Source: Sandaracinaceae bacterium
GTDB taxonomy: Bacteria; Myxococcota_A; Polyangia; Polyangiales; Sandaracinaceae
Length of the DNA: 19,624 nucleotides
Assembly (NCBI GenBank): GCA_044220955.1
Contig: JBGAQA010000114.1
Coordinates: 1 to 19,624 of the forward strand
Direction of reading: 5' to 3'
Position 1 is the stretch's first letter. The number at the start of each line of letters is the position of its first letter. Positions 1-8,433 of the stretch are shown in pieces. Below the pieces are notes generated by a model that ran no database searches, was not told the origin of the DNA, and saw nothing but the letters and a program-made list of their open reading frames with translations. Both the position numbers and the translations under genes were made by a program.

Positions 1-5
1 CCCTC

Positions 6-76
6 GACGCACCGGCGGAGCCGGATGCGTCTCACCCCCTCACCGACTCGGCTCGCTACCGCTCGCCTCGCGAGGC
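6..76. repeat. REP-like palindromic element / hairpins downstream of hsp20
   Basis: Hairpin GACGCA-CCGGC-gga-GCCGG-a-TGCGTC (6-31), GCTCGC-tacc-GCTCGC (51-66) and a perfect 12-bp palindrome GCCTCGCGAGGC (65-76). Only one copy is visible in this window. Confidence 0.35.
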
Positions 77-145
77 AAACGGCTCAGCTCGCGCGGCCGC
101 CGGATCGTGACCGGGGCTCGAATCGATTTCGGGACTGCCTCCGAG

Positions 146-550
146 TCAGCTCTTCACGCTGATCTGGCGGGGCTTCACCTCGGCCTTCTTCGGGATGCGC
201 ACGGTGAGGACGCCGTCCTTCAGCTGCGCGTCGATGTGCTCCGCGTCGACGGTGCGCGGCAGCATGAACTGGCGCGTGAAGCTGCCGTAGAAGCGCTCGA
301 CGCGGTGGTAGCTGTCCTTCTTGTCCTCGTGCTCGAGCCTCCGCTCGCCGCGGAGCGTGAGGATGTTGTTCTCGACGTCGACCTTGACGTCCTCCGTCTT
401 CACGCCAGGCAGCTCCGCGCGGACCTGGATGGACTCCTTGTCCTCGAAGATGTCGACGGCAGGCGTCCACGCGGGGCCGCCGTCGAGGCCGCGAGACATC
501 TCGCGCTGGAAGCGGCTCAGCTCGGCGAAGGGATCGAAGCGGGTCAGCAT
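146..550 (-). CDS. Hsp20/alpha-crystallin family small heat-shock protein (134 aa)
   Basis: MLTRFDPFAEL...WTPAVDIFE...VRAELPGV...LTLRGER...ERFYGSFTRQF.LP..VD...I.AQLKDGVLTVRIPK...PRQISV (C-terminal IxV motif). ATG at 550 is preceded by GAGGAG. It forms the C-terminal part of the listed 146..1978 ORF. Confidence 0.96.
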   Translation of the reverse strand: MLTRFDPFAELSRFQREMSRGLDGGPAWTPAVDIFEDKESIQVRAELPGVKTEDVKVDVENNILTLRGERRLEHEDKKDSYHRVERFYGSFTRQFMLPRTVDAEHIDAQLKDGVLTVRIPKKAEVKPRQISVKS

Positions 551-790
551 GGCGGTTCTCCTCTTTCTCTCGGGTAGGGGCTCACGTGCGCGCGGCGAGG
601 CCCGACCTCCGCGCGAACGCGGACGGCGGCCCGAGCCTCGGGCGACACTCCCGGCCTCTCGGCCCGGGTGCCGCTCTCCGCGCCGGCTCTTGGTGAACGG
701 CAAGCTAGACATGCCGGCTTTCGGGTCAACCCCGCCCGTGCACGCAGGTCGTGCTGGACGCTCACACCCCGCCCGCCTACAACCCCATCC

Positions 791-1939
791 GTGCAGGGGC
801 GCTCCACCGAGCTGCGAGTCGGCATCTTCGTCACGGTCGCCCTGGTCGTCGGCTTCTTCGTGGTGTTCGCCCTCGGGCGCAGCAGCGCGATGTTCACGTC
901 GAAGAACCACTACACGGCGACGTTCACGACGGCCTCGGGCCTGCGCCCCGGCTCGCCCGTGCGCATGGCCGGCATCGACGTCGGCACCGTGGACGGCGTC
1001 AGCTTCCGCGACGACGGACGCGCACAGATCGCGTTCTCCGTGCGGACGAGCGAGGCGCACTTCGTGACCGGGCCTGCCGCGCCACCGCCCGGCCAGGAGC
1101 CCGACCCGGCGAACACCGGCGCGACGGTCGCGTCGATCGGCAGCAAGGGCTTGCTCGGCGACGGCCTCATCGAGCTCTCGCCCGGACGCGGCGACCCCCT
1201 CCCCGACGGCGCGGAGGTGCAGGCGGCCGAGTCGGCCGGCATCATGGCGGCGGCGCAGGGCGCGATCTCCGACGCACGGCCGGCGATCGAGAACGTGCGT
1301 GCGCTGACCGAGTCGCTCGCCGATCCGCAGTTCCGCGCGGACCTGCAGGCGATCGTGCACAACATCGCCGAGCTCACGCGGATGATCCGCGAGGACGACG
1401 GCACGGTGCACCGCCTCATCAGCGACCCGGAGATGGCCAACCAGGTGCAGGACACGCTCCACTCCCTGCAGACCGCGTCGGCCGAGCTCGCGGGCACGGC
1501 CCGCAACGTCCGCGCGATCACCGGCGAGATCCGAGACGGCGACGGCTCCGTTCACGAGATCATCTACGGCGATCAGGGCACGCGCCTCGTGACGAGCCTC
1601 GCGGACACGGCCGGGGAGGCCGCGACGGTGATCCGCGACATCCGCACCGGCGAGGGCAACGCGCACGAGCTGCTCTACGGAGACTCGGCGGGCGACCTGA
1701 TCGCGAACCTCACGGCGATGAGCGGCGACCTGCGCGCGATCGTCGCCGACATCCGCGCGGGGCGCGGCACGCTGGGCGGCTTCCTCGTGGATCCGTCGAT
1801 CTACGAGGACGTGCGTCGCATCGTCGGCAACATCGAGCGCAACGACATCCTGCGCGCGCTCGTGCGCTACTCGCTGCGCGAGGACGAGCCGCGCGATGCC
1901 GCGCCGCAGGCGACCGACGCGCCCGTGACGCCACACTAA
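791..1939 (+). CDS. mlaD: MlaD/MCE family lipid-transport periplasmic subunit with long helical tail
   Basis: N-terminal TM (ELRVGIFVTVALVVGFFVVFALG), MCE motifs ASGLRPGSPVRMAGIDVGTV and GLLGD..IELSPG, and a helical tail with GxGT(L/V)-type repeats. Start placed at GTG 791 (inferred). Confidence 0.9.
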   Translation: MQGRSTELRVGIFVTVALVVGFFVVFALGRSSAMFTSKNHYTATFTTASGLRPGSPVRMAGIDVGTVDGVSFRDDGRAQIAFSVRTSEAHFVTGPAAPPPGQEPDPANTGATVASIGSKGLLGDGLIELSPGRGDPLPDGAEVQAAESAGIMAAAQGAISDARPAIENVRALTESLADPQFRADLQAIVHNIAELTRMIREDDGTVHRLISDPEMANQVQDTLHSLQTASAELAGTARNVRAITGEIRDGDGSVHEIIYGDQGTRLVTSLADTAGEAATVIRDIRTGEGNAHELLYGDSAGDLIANLTAMSGDLRAIVADIRAGRGTLGGFLVDPSIYEDVRRIVGNIERNDILRALVRYSLREDEPRDAAPQATDAPVTPH

Positions 1940-1974
1940 ATTGGCCTCGGAGCATCTGGCTCGACGCCCTCGGG

Positions 1975-2748
1975 TCACCCTCCGTAGCGGAGCAGCGTCG
2001 CGACGTCGTCGTCGGCCGGGGCGTTGCCCTCGATGAAGTCGCGCACGCGGGGGTCCTCGGCGCGGCGGATCTCGTCGGGCGTGCCGGTGAAGATGATGAA
2101 TCCCTTGTGCACCATCGCGATGCGATCGCTGATCTCGAGGGCGCTGGGCATGTCGTGGGTCACGACGATCGAGGTGACGTCGTGCATGCGCTTGGTCTCG
2201 GTGATGAGCGCGTTGACGCGCTCGGTGCTGACCGGATCGAGCCCCGTGGTCGGCTCGTCGTAGAGCAGCACCTCGGGCTCGAGCACGAGCGTGCGCGCGA
2301 GCGCCACGCGCTTGCGCATGCCCCCCGAGAGGTCCGACGGCATCATGCGCGCGACGTCCGGCAGACCGACGCTCGCGAGGGCCGCCAACACGCGCGCCCC
2401 GACCTCGCCCTCGCGCAGCCTGAAGTGCTCGCGCAGCCCGTAGGCGACGTTGTCGTGCACGGAGAGCGAGTCGAAGAGCGCAGCACCCTGGAAGAGCATG
2501 CCGATCCGCCGGCGCACGCCCGCGTACGCGCGCTCGTGGATGCCGTCGATTCGCTCGCCGGCGAAGGTGATCGTCCCCGCGTCGACGCGAAGCAGGCCGA
2601 TGAGCAGCTTGAGCGCGACGCTCTTGCCCATCCCGGAGCCGCCGATGATGGTCAACGACTCGCCCTTGTGGACGTCGAGGTTCAGATCCTCGTACACCAC
2701 CTTCGGCCCGAAGGCCTTCTTCACGTTGCGGAATTCGATCAGAGCCAC
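1975..2748 (-). CDS. mlaF: MlaF/Mkl-like ABC transporter ATP-binding protein (257 aa)
   Basis: Walker A GGSGMGKS, IGMLFQGAALFDSLSV, signature LSGGMRKRVALAR, Walker B LLYDEPTTGLDP and H-loop VVTHD. Start placed at GTG 2748 (VALIEFRNVKKAFG). Confidence 0.93.
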   Translation of the reverse strand: MALIEFRNVKKAFGPKVVYEDLNLDVHKGESLTIIGGSGMGKSVALKLLIGLLRVDAGTITFAGERIDGIHERAYAGVRRRIGMLFQGAALFDSLSVHDNVAYGLREHFRLREGEVGARVLAALASVGLPDVARMMPSDLSGGMRKRVALARTLVLEPEVLLYDEPTTGLDPVSTERVNALITETKRMHDVTSIVVTHDMPSALEISDRIAMVHKGFIIFTGTPDEIRRAEDPRVRDFIEGNAPADDDVATLLRYGG

Positions 2749-2752
2749 GGTG

Positions 2753-3208
2753 ATGAGCGGCGCGATTCTAGCGGCATTCGCGTGGATGGCTTGCGCTTCG
2801 TGCGCGGACCCCGCGGCCGAGCCCGCCAGCGCCGCCGCGCTCAGCGCCCTCGTGCTCCCGCACGTCGAGCGCATCGCGCGCTTCGATCGCTGGGCCCACC
2901 GCGTCGCGAGCGCGAGCGGCGCGTGGCGCTCCCGGAGCGCCCTCGAGGAGACTGCCTTCTCGCAGGTGCGCGGGGACGACGAGGTGCTGGCGGCCTGGAT
3001 CGAGCACCCCGGCGAGCCCGTGCTGGCGCATCCCCCGGGGATGGCGCTGCCCGACGCCAGCCTGCGCGCCCTGCAGGTCGGCGCGCTCGGCCACTGCGAG
3101 GTGGCCAGGGCCCGCATCGAGCTCGACGGCGCGCCCACCGAGGTGCTCTTCGTGGTGGTCGAGCACGACGGTCTACGGACGATGCTCGCGCTCGCCCGGA
3201 CACCCTGA
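2753..3208 (+). CDS. Hypothetical, possibly secreted or lipoprotein
   Basis: MSGAILAAFAWMACASC has a hydrophobic leader and a lipobox-like Cys, followed by a globular-looking alpha/beta sequence. It fills the gap between neighbours. The start is uncertain (alternative ATG 2786). Confidence 0.55.
   Translation: MSGAILAAFAWMACASCADPAAEPASAAALSALVLPHVERIARFDRWAHRVASASGAWRSRSALEETAFSQVRGDDEVLAAWIEHPGEPVLAHPPGMALPDASLRALQVGALGHCEVARARIELDGAPTEVLFVVVEHDGLRTMLALARTP
2765..2770 (-). promoter_or_regulatory. Putative -10 element (TAGAAT) for mlaF-like gene
   Basis: Near-consensus TAGAAT in a very GC-rich context, 16 nt upstream of GTG 2748. Confidence 0.4.
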
Positions 3209-3229
3209 CTGAAAAGCGGCCGCCCCCCC

Positions 3230-3257
3230 TTGCGAGCCGGGTCGCGTTCGGTACTGT
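3230..3257 (+). promoter_or_regulatory. Putative sigma70-type promoter TTGCGA-16-TACTGT
   Basis: Hexamers read at 3230-3235 and 3252-3257, upstream of GTG 3271. Confidence 0.35.
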
Positions 3258-3270
3258 GCCGCCCTCCGAC

Positions 3271-3513
3271 GTGAGCGACGTCCTCGGTCCGAGCTCCCAG
3301 CAGATCATCGAAGCGACCGGCCTGCCCGAGATGATCGCGCTCGGCCTCCTGCGCCGTGCGCTCAAGGACACGGGCGGCGCCGAGCCTCCGACGAAAGAGG
3401 ACTGGACGCGCGCGATGCCGCGCATCGAGGCTCGGCTGCGGGCCTATCTCGACGAGGCGACGGCCAGGAAGCGCGCGGCCGCCGTCGGCGCCGTCGTCGA
3501 CGCGCTGCCCTGA
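3271..3513 (+). CDS. Small hypothetical protein (80 aa)
   Basis: MSDVLGPSSQQIIEATGLPEMIALGLLRRALK...WTRAMPRIEARLRAYL: helical, normal composition, GC3-rich codons. It is the tail of the listed 751..3513 ORF. Confidence 0.65.
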   Translation: MSDVLGPSSQQIIEATGLPEMIALGLLRRALKDTGGAEPPTKEDWTRAMPRIEARLRAYLDEATARKRAAAVGAVVDALP

Positions 3514-3540
3514 GCGCCTCGCCCTGCTAGAAGCCCTCGG

Positions 3541-4017
3541 ATGGAAGACCGACCGTTCCGCGTGCTGGGCGTGCAGCAGATCGCGCTCGGCGCGCTCGAC
3601 AAGGGCGCGCTCGCGGGCCTCTGGGTGACCTTGCTGGGGCTGCCGCGCGTCGGGACGTTCCGGAGCGAGCGAGAGAACGTCGACGAGGACGTCCTGCGCG
3701 CGGGCGCGGGCCCGCTGGCCGTCGAGATCGACCTGATGCAGCCGGTCGACCCCGAGAAGCGACCGCGCGTGCACGAGCCCGCCCTCAACCACGTCGGCCT
3801 CTGGGTGGACGATCTCGCGGCGGCCGTGGCGTGGCTCGCGGGCCGGGGCGTCCGCTTCGCGCCCGGAGGTATCCGGAAGGGCGCGGCCGGTCACGACGTG
3901 TGCTTCATCCACCCGCGCGGCGACGAGGCGCACCCGCAAGGCGGCGAAGGCGTGCTGATCGAGCTGGTGCAGGCGCCCGCCGACGTCGTGCGCGCGTTCG
4001 AGGCGGCGCAGCCGTGA
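3541..4017 (+). CDS. VOC/glyoxalase superfamily protein, methylmalonyl-CoA epimerase-like
   Basis: [14 protein letters not shown]...SERENVDED...EIDLMQP...[11 protein letters not shown]...[15 protein letters not shown]...GVLIELVQ follows the VOC beta-alpha-beta-beta-beta pattern with an MMCE-like C-terminus. Confidence 0.85.
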   Translation: MEDRPFRVLGVQQIALGALDKGALAGLWVTLLGLPRVGTFRSERENVDEDVLRAGAGPLAVEIDLMQPVDPEKRPRVHEPALNHVGLWVDDLAAAVAWLAGRGVRFAPGGIRKGAAGHDVCFIHPRGDEAHPQGGEGVLIELVQAPADVVRAFEAAQP

Positions 4018-4156
4018 TCTCCAGCCGAGGGTGCTCGCCACCGAGGGCCCTTGCGCGAGCGCGCGACGCGCGCGGACGGAAGGGACGCAGCGGCGATCCG
4101 ATGATCTGGCGCGGTCGTTGCTCGTCGGGCTACACCCACCCACGAGGGGAGCGTAA

Positions 4157-5311
4157 GTGAAGCCCTGTTCTCGATTCTGGAGCGCTGCGTTCACGATGGC
4201 GCTGGCTCTCTCGCTCACGCCGGGCGTCGCGCTCGCCGAGCAAGTGGAGCTCTTCCCCGTCGGTGGGACGGCCGAGGGCTCGACGCTGACGATGGCGCAG
4301 TCGCACATCCGGCAGGCGATCGTCGCGCTCGGGCACACCCTCGTCGACGGATCGGGCACGCGCCCGACGACGGCCGCCGAGTTCACGGCGGCGGCGGCGA
4401 GCACGCGCTCGGTGTACGTGGTGCTCGCCGACATCGAGCCGCACCCGGGGCACTACGGCCTGCACGTCTGGGTCGGCAGCGTCGACGCCAACCGAGTGGA
4501 GGAGCTCTTCGTGGACGTGCTCCTCGAGGACGAGGACTCCCGCCTGCACGACGTGCTCGGGAGCATGCTTCGACCGCAGGGCCTCGGAGAGGACGCGCTA
4601 CGTCTCTCGGCCGAGGAGACCGACGCGGAGCGGGCGCGGCGCCTGGCGGCGGAGGCGGCGGCGCGGCAGGCCGAGCTCGATCGCCAGCACCAGGCCGAGG
4701 CCGACGCGGCCGCCGCGGCCGAGGCGCAGCGGCGCGCCGACGAGGCCGAGCGCGCGCGGCTCGCGGACGAGGAGCGGCAGCGCCGCGAGCAGGCGGACCG
4801 CGACGCGGCCCAGTCGGCCCAGCAGGCCTGGGATCATCGCCCGCTCTACGGGGCCGGCGGCGCGTGGATGATCCAGCTCGGCGGCGCCGGCGGCGGGGCC
4901 GTCCAGTACGGGGCTCACAACCCACACGTGCCCGACGCCGGCGCGCTCGGCCTCGTGCAGCTCCGCCTCGGCCGAGCGATCGACGGCACGGGCGGCCTCG
5001 AGCTGCGTGCGGGCGCCGACGTGTTCTTCGGCCTCGGCGCCGGCCTCGATCTGGTGGTGGGCGCGACCTACCAGCTCACCCCGACCACCGAGCCGATCCA
5101 CCTCGGCGTGATCGCGGAGCTCGGCCTCTCGATCGCCTTCCAGGGCCCGCGGGACGTCGGCTTCCTGCTCCGCGCGGGCGCCGTCGCGAGCTGGAACCCG
5201 ACCGGCGGGCTCTACTTCGAGCTGGCGCTCCCCGAGCTCGGCGTGATGACCAACGGCAGCGGTGCGCTCGTCTTCGGAGCGTCGCTGCGCGTCGGCTACC
5301 GCTTCGATTGA
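4157..5311 (+). CDS. Secreted protein: N-terminal domain, A/E/R-rich helical stalk, putative C-terminal outer-membrane beta-barrel
   Basis: Signal peptide (FTMALALSLTPGVALA-EQ), ~80-aa coiled-coil-like stretch, amphipathic Gly/aromatic strands ending LRVGYRFD. GAGGGGAG lies upstream of GTG 4157. Confidence 0.75.
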   Translation: MKPCSRFWSAAFTMALALSLTPGVALAEQVELFPVGGTAEGSTLTMAQSHIRQAIVALGHTLVDGSGTRPTTAAEFTAAAASTRSVYVVLADIEPHPGHYGLHVWVGSVDANRVEELFVDVLLEDEDSRLHDVLGSMLRPQGLGEDALRLSAEETDAERARRLAAEAAARQAELDRQHQAEADAAAAAEAQRRADEAERARLADEERQRREQADRDAAQSAQQAWDHRPLYGAGGAWMIQLGGAGGGAVQYGAHNPHVPDAGALGLVQLRLGRAIDGTGGLELRAGADVFFGLGAGLDLVVGATYQLTPTTEPIHLGVIAELGLSIAFQGPRDVGFLLRAGAVASWNPTGGLYFELALPELGVMTNGSGALVFGASLRVGYRFD

Positions 5312-5320
5312 GCTCCGCGC

Positions 5321-6727
5321 ATGGACGTCGCGAGAGAGAGCGAGCCCCTCGCGACGATGCCGGCTCCCGGCGATCGGATCGGCGATCGCTACGTGGTGGA
5401 GCGCGTGCTCGGTCAGGGCGCGACCGGCGTCGTCTACGCGGCGACCCACGAATTCACCGGGCGCGAGGTCGCGATCAAGTGGGTGCATCCGCACGTCGCC
5501 CTCGACGCCACCCAGGCGCAGCGCTTCCTGCGCGAGGCGCGCGCCGCGGCGTCGGTCCAGCACCCGAACGTCGTGGAGATCCTCGACGCGGGGCGCGATC
5601 GCGGCACCTTCTACCTCGTGATGGAGCGGCTCGAGGGCGAGCTCCTCTCGGCCGCCTTCGCGCGCAAGGATCTCGGCGTCCCCTCGGTGGCGCGCATCTT
5701 CGTCACCCTGATGCGCGGCGTCGCCGCGGCGCACGAGCGCGGGATCGTCCACCGCGATCTCAAGCCGGAGAACGTGTTCCTCTGCCCTCCCGCGCGTGGC
5801 CGCCCCGGCGGGGCCAAGGTGCTCGACTTCGGCATCAGCAAGCTCGCTCGCGCGACGGCCGAGGGCCGCGAGCTGACGCAGGCAGGCGTCCTGGTGGGCA
5901 GCCCCTACTACATGGCGCCCGAGCAGATCGCCGACAGCCGCAGCGTCGATCCGCGCGCCGACGTGTACTCGATCGGCGTGATGCTCTTCGAGGCCCTGAC
6001 GCACCGCGTGCCCTTCGACGCGGAGTCGCTCTCGGCGCTCTTCGCGAAGGTGGTCGGCGAGAAGCCACCCGCGGTCGACGAGCTGCGCCCCGACCTGCCG
6101 GCGGCGCTCGGCGACGTGGTGGCGCGGGCGATGAGCGCCGATCCGAGGGCGCGCTTCGCGAGCGTGCGCGAGATGGCCGAGGCGCTCGAGCCCTTCGCTC
6201 AGGGCCTGCGCTTCGATCCGGGCGGCGACGCGTTCGACGTCGCCTGGCGCGAGCGGGCGTCGATGATCGGCGAGCGCCTCGGCACGAGCGAGCGGCCGCC
6301 CGCACCGGGCAGGCAGAGCGATCCTCCGAGCAGCGAGCGGACGAGCGATCCCGCGGCGGACGCGGTCGAGCGGGCGCGCGCGCGCGCCGGGAGCGAGCCG
6401 CTGCCCGAGCAGCCGACGGTGATCCGTGCGCGGGACGAGGGAGCCGATCGCCCGACGATCGAGGCGCCGCCTCCGTCCGGCATCGCGGCTTCGCCCCCGA
6501 TCCTCGCGACGCCGACGCTCGTCCACGACCCGGACGCGCCCGGACAGCACTCGGGCCCCTCGCCTCGTCCGTACCGCCCTCCGGAGCCGACGGAGACGTT
6601 CGCGCGTCCTCCCGTCGCCGCGGCGCAGCCCTCGCTCGCGCGCGCGCTCGCGCCGTGGATCGTGCTCGCGATCGTCACCGCGATCGTGATGCTCGCCGCC
6701 GGCGTCGCGCTCGGGCGCCTGCTCTGA
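5321..6727 (+). CDS. Hanks-type Ser/Thr protein kinase with Pro-rich linker and C-terminal TM helix
   Basis: GQGATGVV, VAIK, HRDLKPEN, DFG, YMAPEQ and DVYSIG motifs; C-terminal WIVLAIVTAIVMLAAGVALG. Confidence 0.96.
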   Translation: MDVARESEPLATMPAPGDRIGDRYVVERVLGQGATGVVYAATHEFTGREVAIKWVHPHVALDATQAQRFLREARAAASVQHPNVVEILDAGRDRGTFYLVMERLEGELLSAAFARKDLGVPSVARIFVTLMRGVAAAHERGIVHRDLKPENVFLCPPARGRPGGAKVLDFGISKLARATAEGRELTQAGVLVGSPYYMAPEQIADSRSVDPRADVYSIGVMLFEALTHRVPFDAESLSALFAKVVGEKPPAVDELRPDLPAALGDVVARAMSADPRARFASVREMAEALEPFAQGLRFDPGGDAFDVAWRERASMIGERLGTSERPPAPGRQSDPPSSERTSDPAADAVERARARAGSEPLPEQPTVIRARDEGADRPTIEAPPPSGIAASPPILATPTLVHDPDAPGQHSGPSPRPYRPPEPTETFARPPVAAAQPSLARALAPWIVLAIVTAIVMLAAGVALGRLL

Positions 6728-8342
6728 CGACGAGCGCGAGCCCGAGCGGCAGCCACGCGAGCCCGTGCGCTGCGCGCGCGCCGGCACGGCAGCCGCAGCC
6801 CCCACCCGGCGTGCCCGCGGCGCCCGCGTCGAGGGTGGCGGTGCCCGCGTCGGGTGCGCTCCCCGCATCGGGAAGGAGGCCCGCGTCGGGCCCGCCGGGC
6901 GTGATCGCGCGCAGGTAGACGTCGTTCGTCACGACGCGCGGCGCGCCCGCGATCACCAGCTCCACCCGGTAGTGCTCCTCGCCGGGCCCTGCGATCACGG
7001 GCTGGTCGTGCTCCCAGTCGGCGCCGATCACGTCGAGGGGCGCCCCCGCCTCGCCGTCGTGGACGAAGCGGATCGTGGCGCCGACCGGAGCGCCGGTCAC
7101 GCGCACGTGCAGCGTGGTCACGTCGGCCACGATCGTGTCGGTCGTGCTCGAGTCCAGGTCGGGCGAGCTCAGCTCGACCATCGGGTCGTCGGGCCCCTCG
7201 AGCTTCACGACCGTGCGCCCGTGCCGCACGCCCTCGAGGATCGCGGCCACGCTCAGCTCGCTCGCCCACACCATCGTCGTCGGCGAGCCGATGGGGCTGT
7301 CGAAGGCGCCCGTGCCCGTGCCAGCCGAGTGATCGTCGCTGCCGCCGACCGCGACGACGTGGTGGCCGGCGAGCGCGAGGTCGTCCCACATCGCGGACAC
7401 CGAGCGATAGAAGAGGCGCCCCGTCACGTGGTAGGCGCCCGTCTGCACCTCCATCGCGTCGATCTGCGCGCCGGGCAGGCCCGTCATCCACCCGCAGCCG
7501 ATGCAGGCGTCGCCGAGCGAGAGGGCCGGGTGGTTCACCGAGAAGAGCGCGCCCTGCGCGTGCACCTCGGCCGCGACCTGATCGATCGTGCGCCCGCCGA
7601 AGCCGAGCCGGTGATCGATCCACTCGGTCCCGCCCATGCTCATCGCGTGGCCCTGGTAGGTCGTGACCTCGATGCCGGGGACCAAGAGCAGCGCGGGGTG
7701 GCGCGCCTGGACGTCCGCGTAGAGCTCGAGCTGCGAGACCGTGTTGTGGTCGCTGATCATCACGAAATCCAGGCCGCGCATCTCGGCGAACGTCGCGATC
7801 TCGTCGAGCGAGGGGCGCGCATCGCCGCTCTCGCGCGAGTGCACGTGGAAGTCGCCCGCGTACCAGCGCGCCTCGGTGCGGAGCGGCGCCGGCGCGGCGT
7901 AGGGAGCGCGCTCGGGCTGCGGCGCGAGCGTCACCGCGTCGCGGAGCACGACCTCGACGTGATAGCGCGCCGGCAGCTCGGTGACCTTGGCCTCGCCGAC
8001 GTAGACGACCCACTCGCCCGGCGAGATCGCGCCAGGGAGGTAGCTGCGCGACGCCGCCGCCGCGTTGAACACGGCCGGCTCCGTGTTCCCGCCGCCGTAT
8101 CCGCGGAAGCTGCCGTCCGGCTCGAGCACGCCCCAGTCCAGGATGTTGGTCGCCGAGAGGTCGTCGTGCCGCACCTCGATCTCCGCGACGCCCGCGGGGA
8201 CGGTGAACGGGACGGTGAAGAAGTCGCCCGTGGCCGGGACCTCGCCCTCGAGCACCAGCGTGGTGTCGGCCGCGGCGGGCGACGCGAAGAGCCACGCGCC
8301 GGCAGGCACGAGCCAGAGAGCGCGCATCCACGGGCTCGCCAC
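6675..8342 (-). CDS. Secreted PHP-domain (CehA/McbA-like) metallohydrolase with MYXO-CTERM-like sorting tail
   Basis: Signal peptide ...FASPAAA-DT; PHP motifs GDFHVHS, ISDHN, GIEVT...GH, NHP, GGSDDH; PDAG linker repeats; tail GGGCGCRAG + hydrophobic stretch + RRRRR. Start at GTG 8342 is inferred. Confidence 0.88.
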   Translation of the reverse strand: MASPWMRALWLVPAGAWLFASPAAADTTLVLEGEVPATGDFFTVPFTVPAGVAEIEVRHDDLSATNILDWGVLEPDGSFRGYGGGNTEPAVFNAAAASRSYLPGAISPGEWVVYVGEAKVTELPARYHVEVVLRDAVTLAPQPERAPYAAPAPLRTEARWYAGDFHVHSRESGDARPSLDEIATFAEMRGLDFVMISDHNTVSQLELYADVQARHPALLLVPGIEVTTYQGHAMSMGGTEWIDHRLGFGGRTIDQVAAEVHAQGALFSVNHPALSLGDACIGCGWMTGLPGAQIDAMEVQTGAYHVTGRLFYRSVSAMWDDLALAGHHVVAVGGSDDHSAGTGTGAFDSPIGSPTTMVWASELSVAAILEGVRHGRTVVKLEGPDDPMVELSSPDLDSSTTDTIVADVTTLHVRVTGAPVGATIRFVHDGEAGAPLDVIGADWEHDQPVIAGPGEEHYRVELVIAGAPRVVTNDVYLRAITPGGPDAGLLPDAGSAPDAGTATLDAGAAGTPGGGCGCRAGARAAHGLAWLPLGLALVVRAGARARRRRRASRSR

Positions 8343-8348
8343 GGGCTC

Positions 8349-8354
8349 ATCGTA
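8349..8354 (-). promoter_or_regulatory. -10 element TACGAT, 6 nt before GTG 8342 (leaderless-type)
   Basis: Minus strand reads TACGAT-gagccc-GTG; there is no SD sequence. Confidence 0.5.
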
Positions 8355-8393
8355 CACCCGAGGCGGAAGGGAGGGGCGACGGGCGGCGCCCCG

Positions 8394-8422
8394 TTGACAC
8401 CGCGATCGCCCCGCCCTACGGA
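8394..8422 (+). promoter_or_regulatory. Sigma70-type promoter TTGACA-17-TACGGA for the first response regulator
   Basis: Perfect -35 at 8394-8399, 17-nt spacer, imperfect -10 at 8417-8422, and GTG at 8434. Confidence 0.5.
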
Positions 8423-8433
8423 CCGAGCGACCG

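Noticed and set aside
644..672. CIRCE-like GACACTC...GGGTGCC upstream of hsp20
   Set aside because: The spacer is 15 nt rather than 9 and the arms are poor; it is at most a GC-rich hairpin.
699..716. Possible sigma54 promoter (GGCATG...TTGC, minus strand) for hsp20
   Set aside because: GG-to-GC spacing is 12 nt rather than the required 10.
751..3270. 920-aa plus-strand ORF 751..3513 and other long R/A/P/G-rich ORFs (4598..6868, 6765..9164, 9923..12352, 15256..16695 etc.)
   Set aside because: These are shadow frames typical of high-GC DNA. They overlap motif-supported genes and have no recognisable motifs; only the last 80 codons of 751..3513 look real.
2749..4434. N-terminal extension making an 819-aa ABC protein
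   Set aside because: It is antisense to four plus-strand genes, and the ATPase domain begins at VALIEF (2748).
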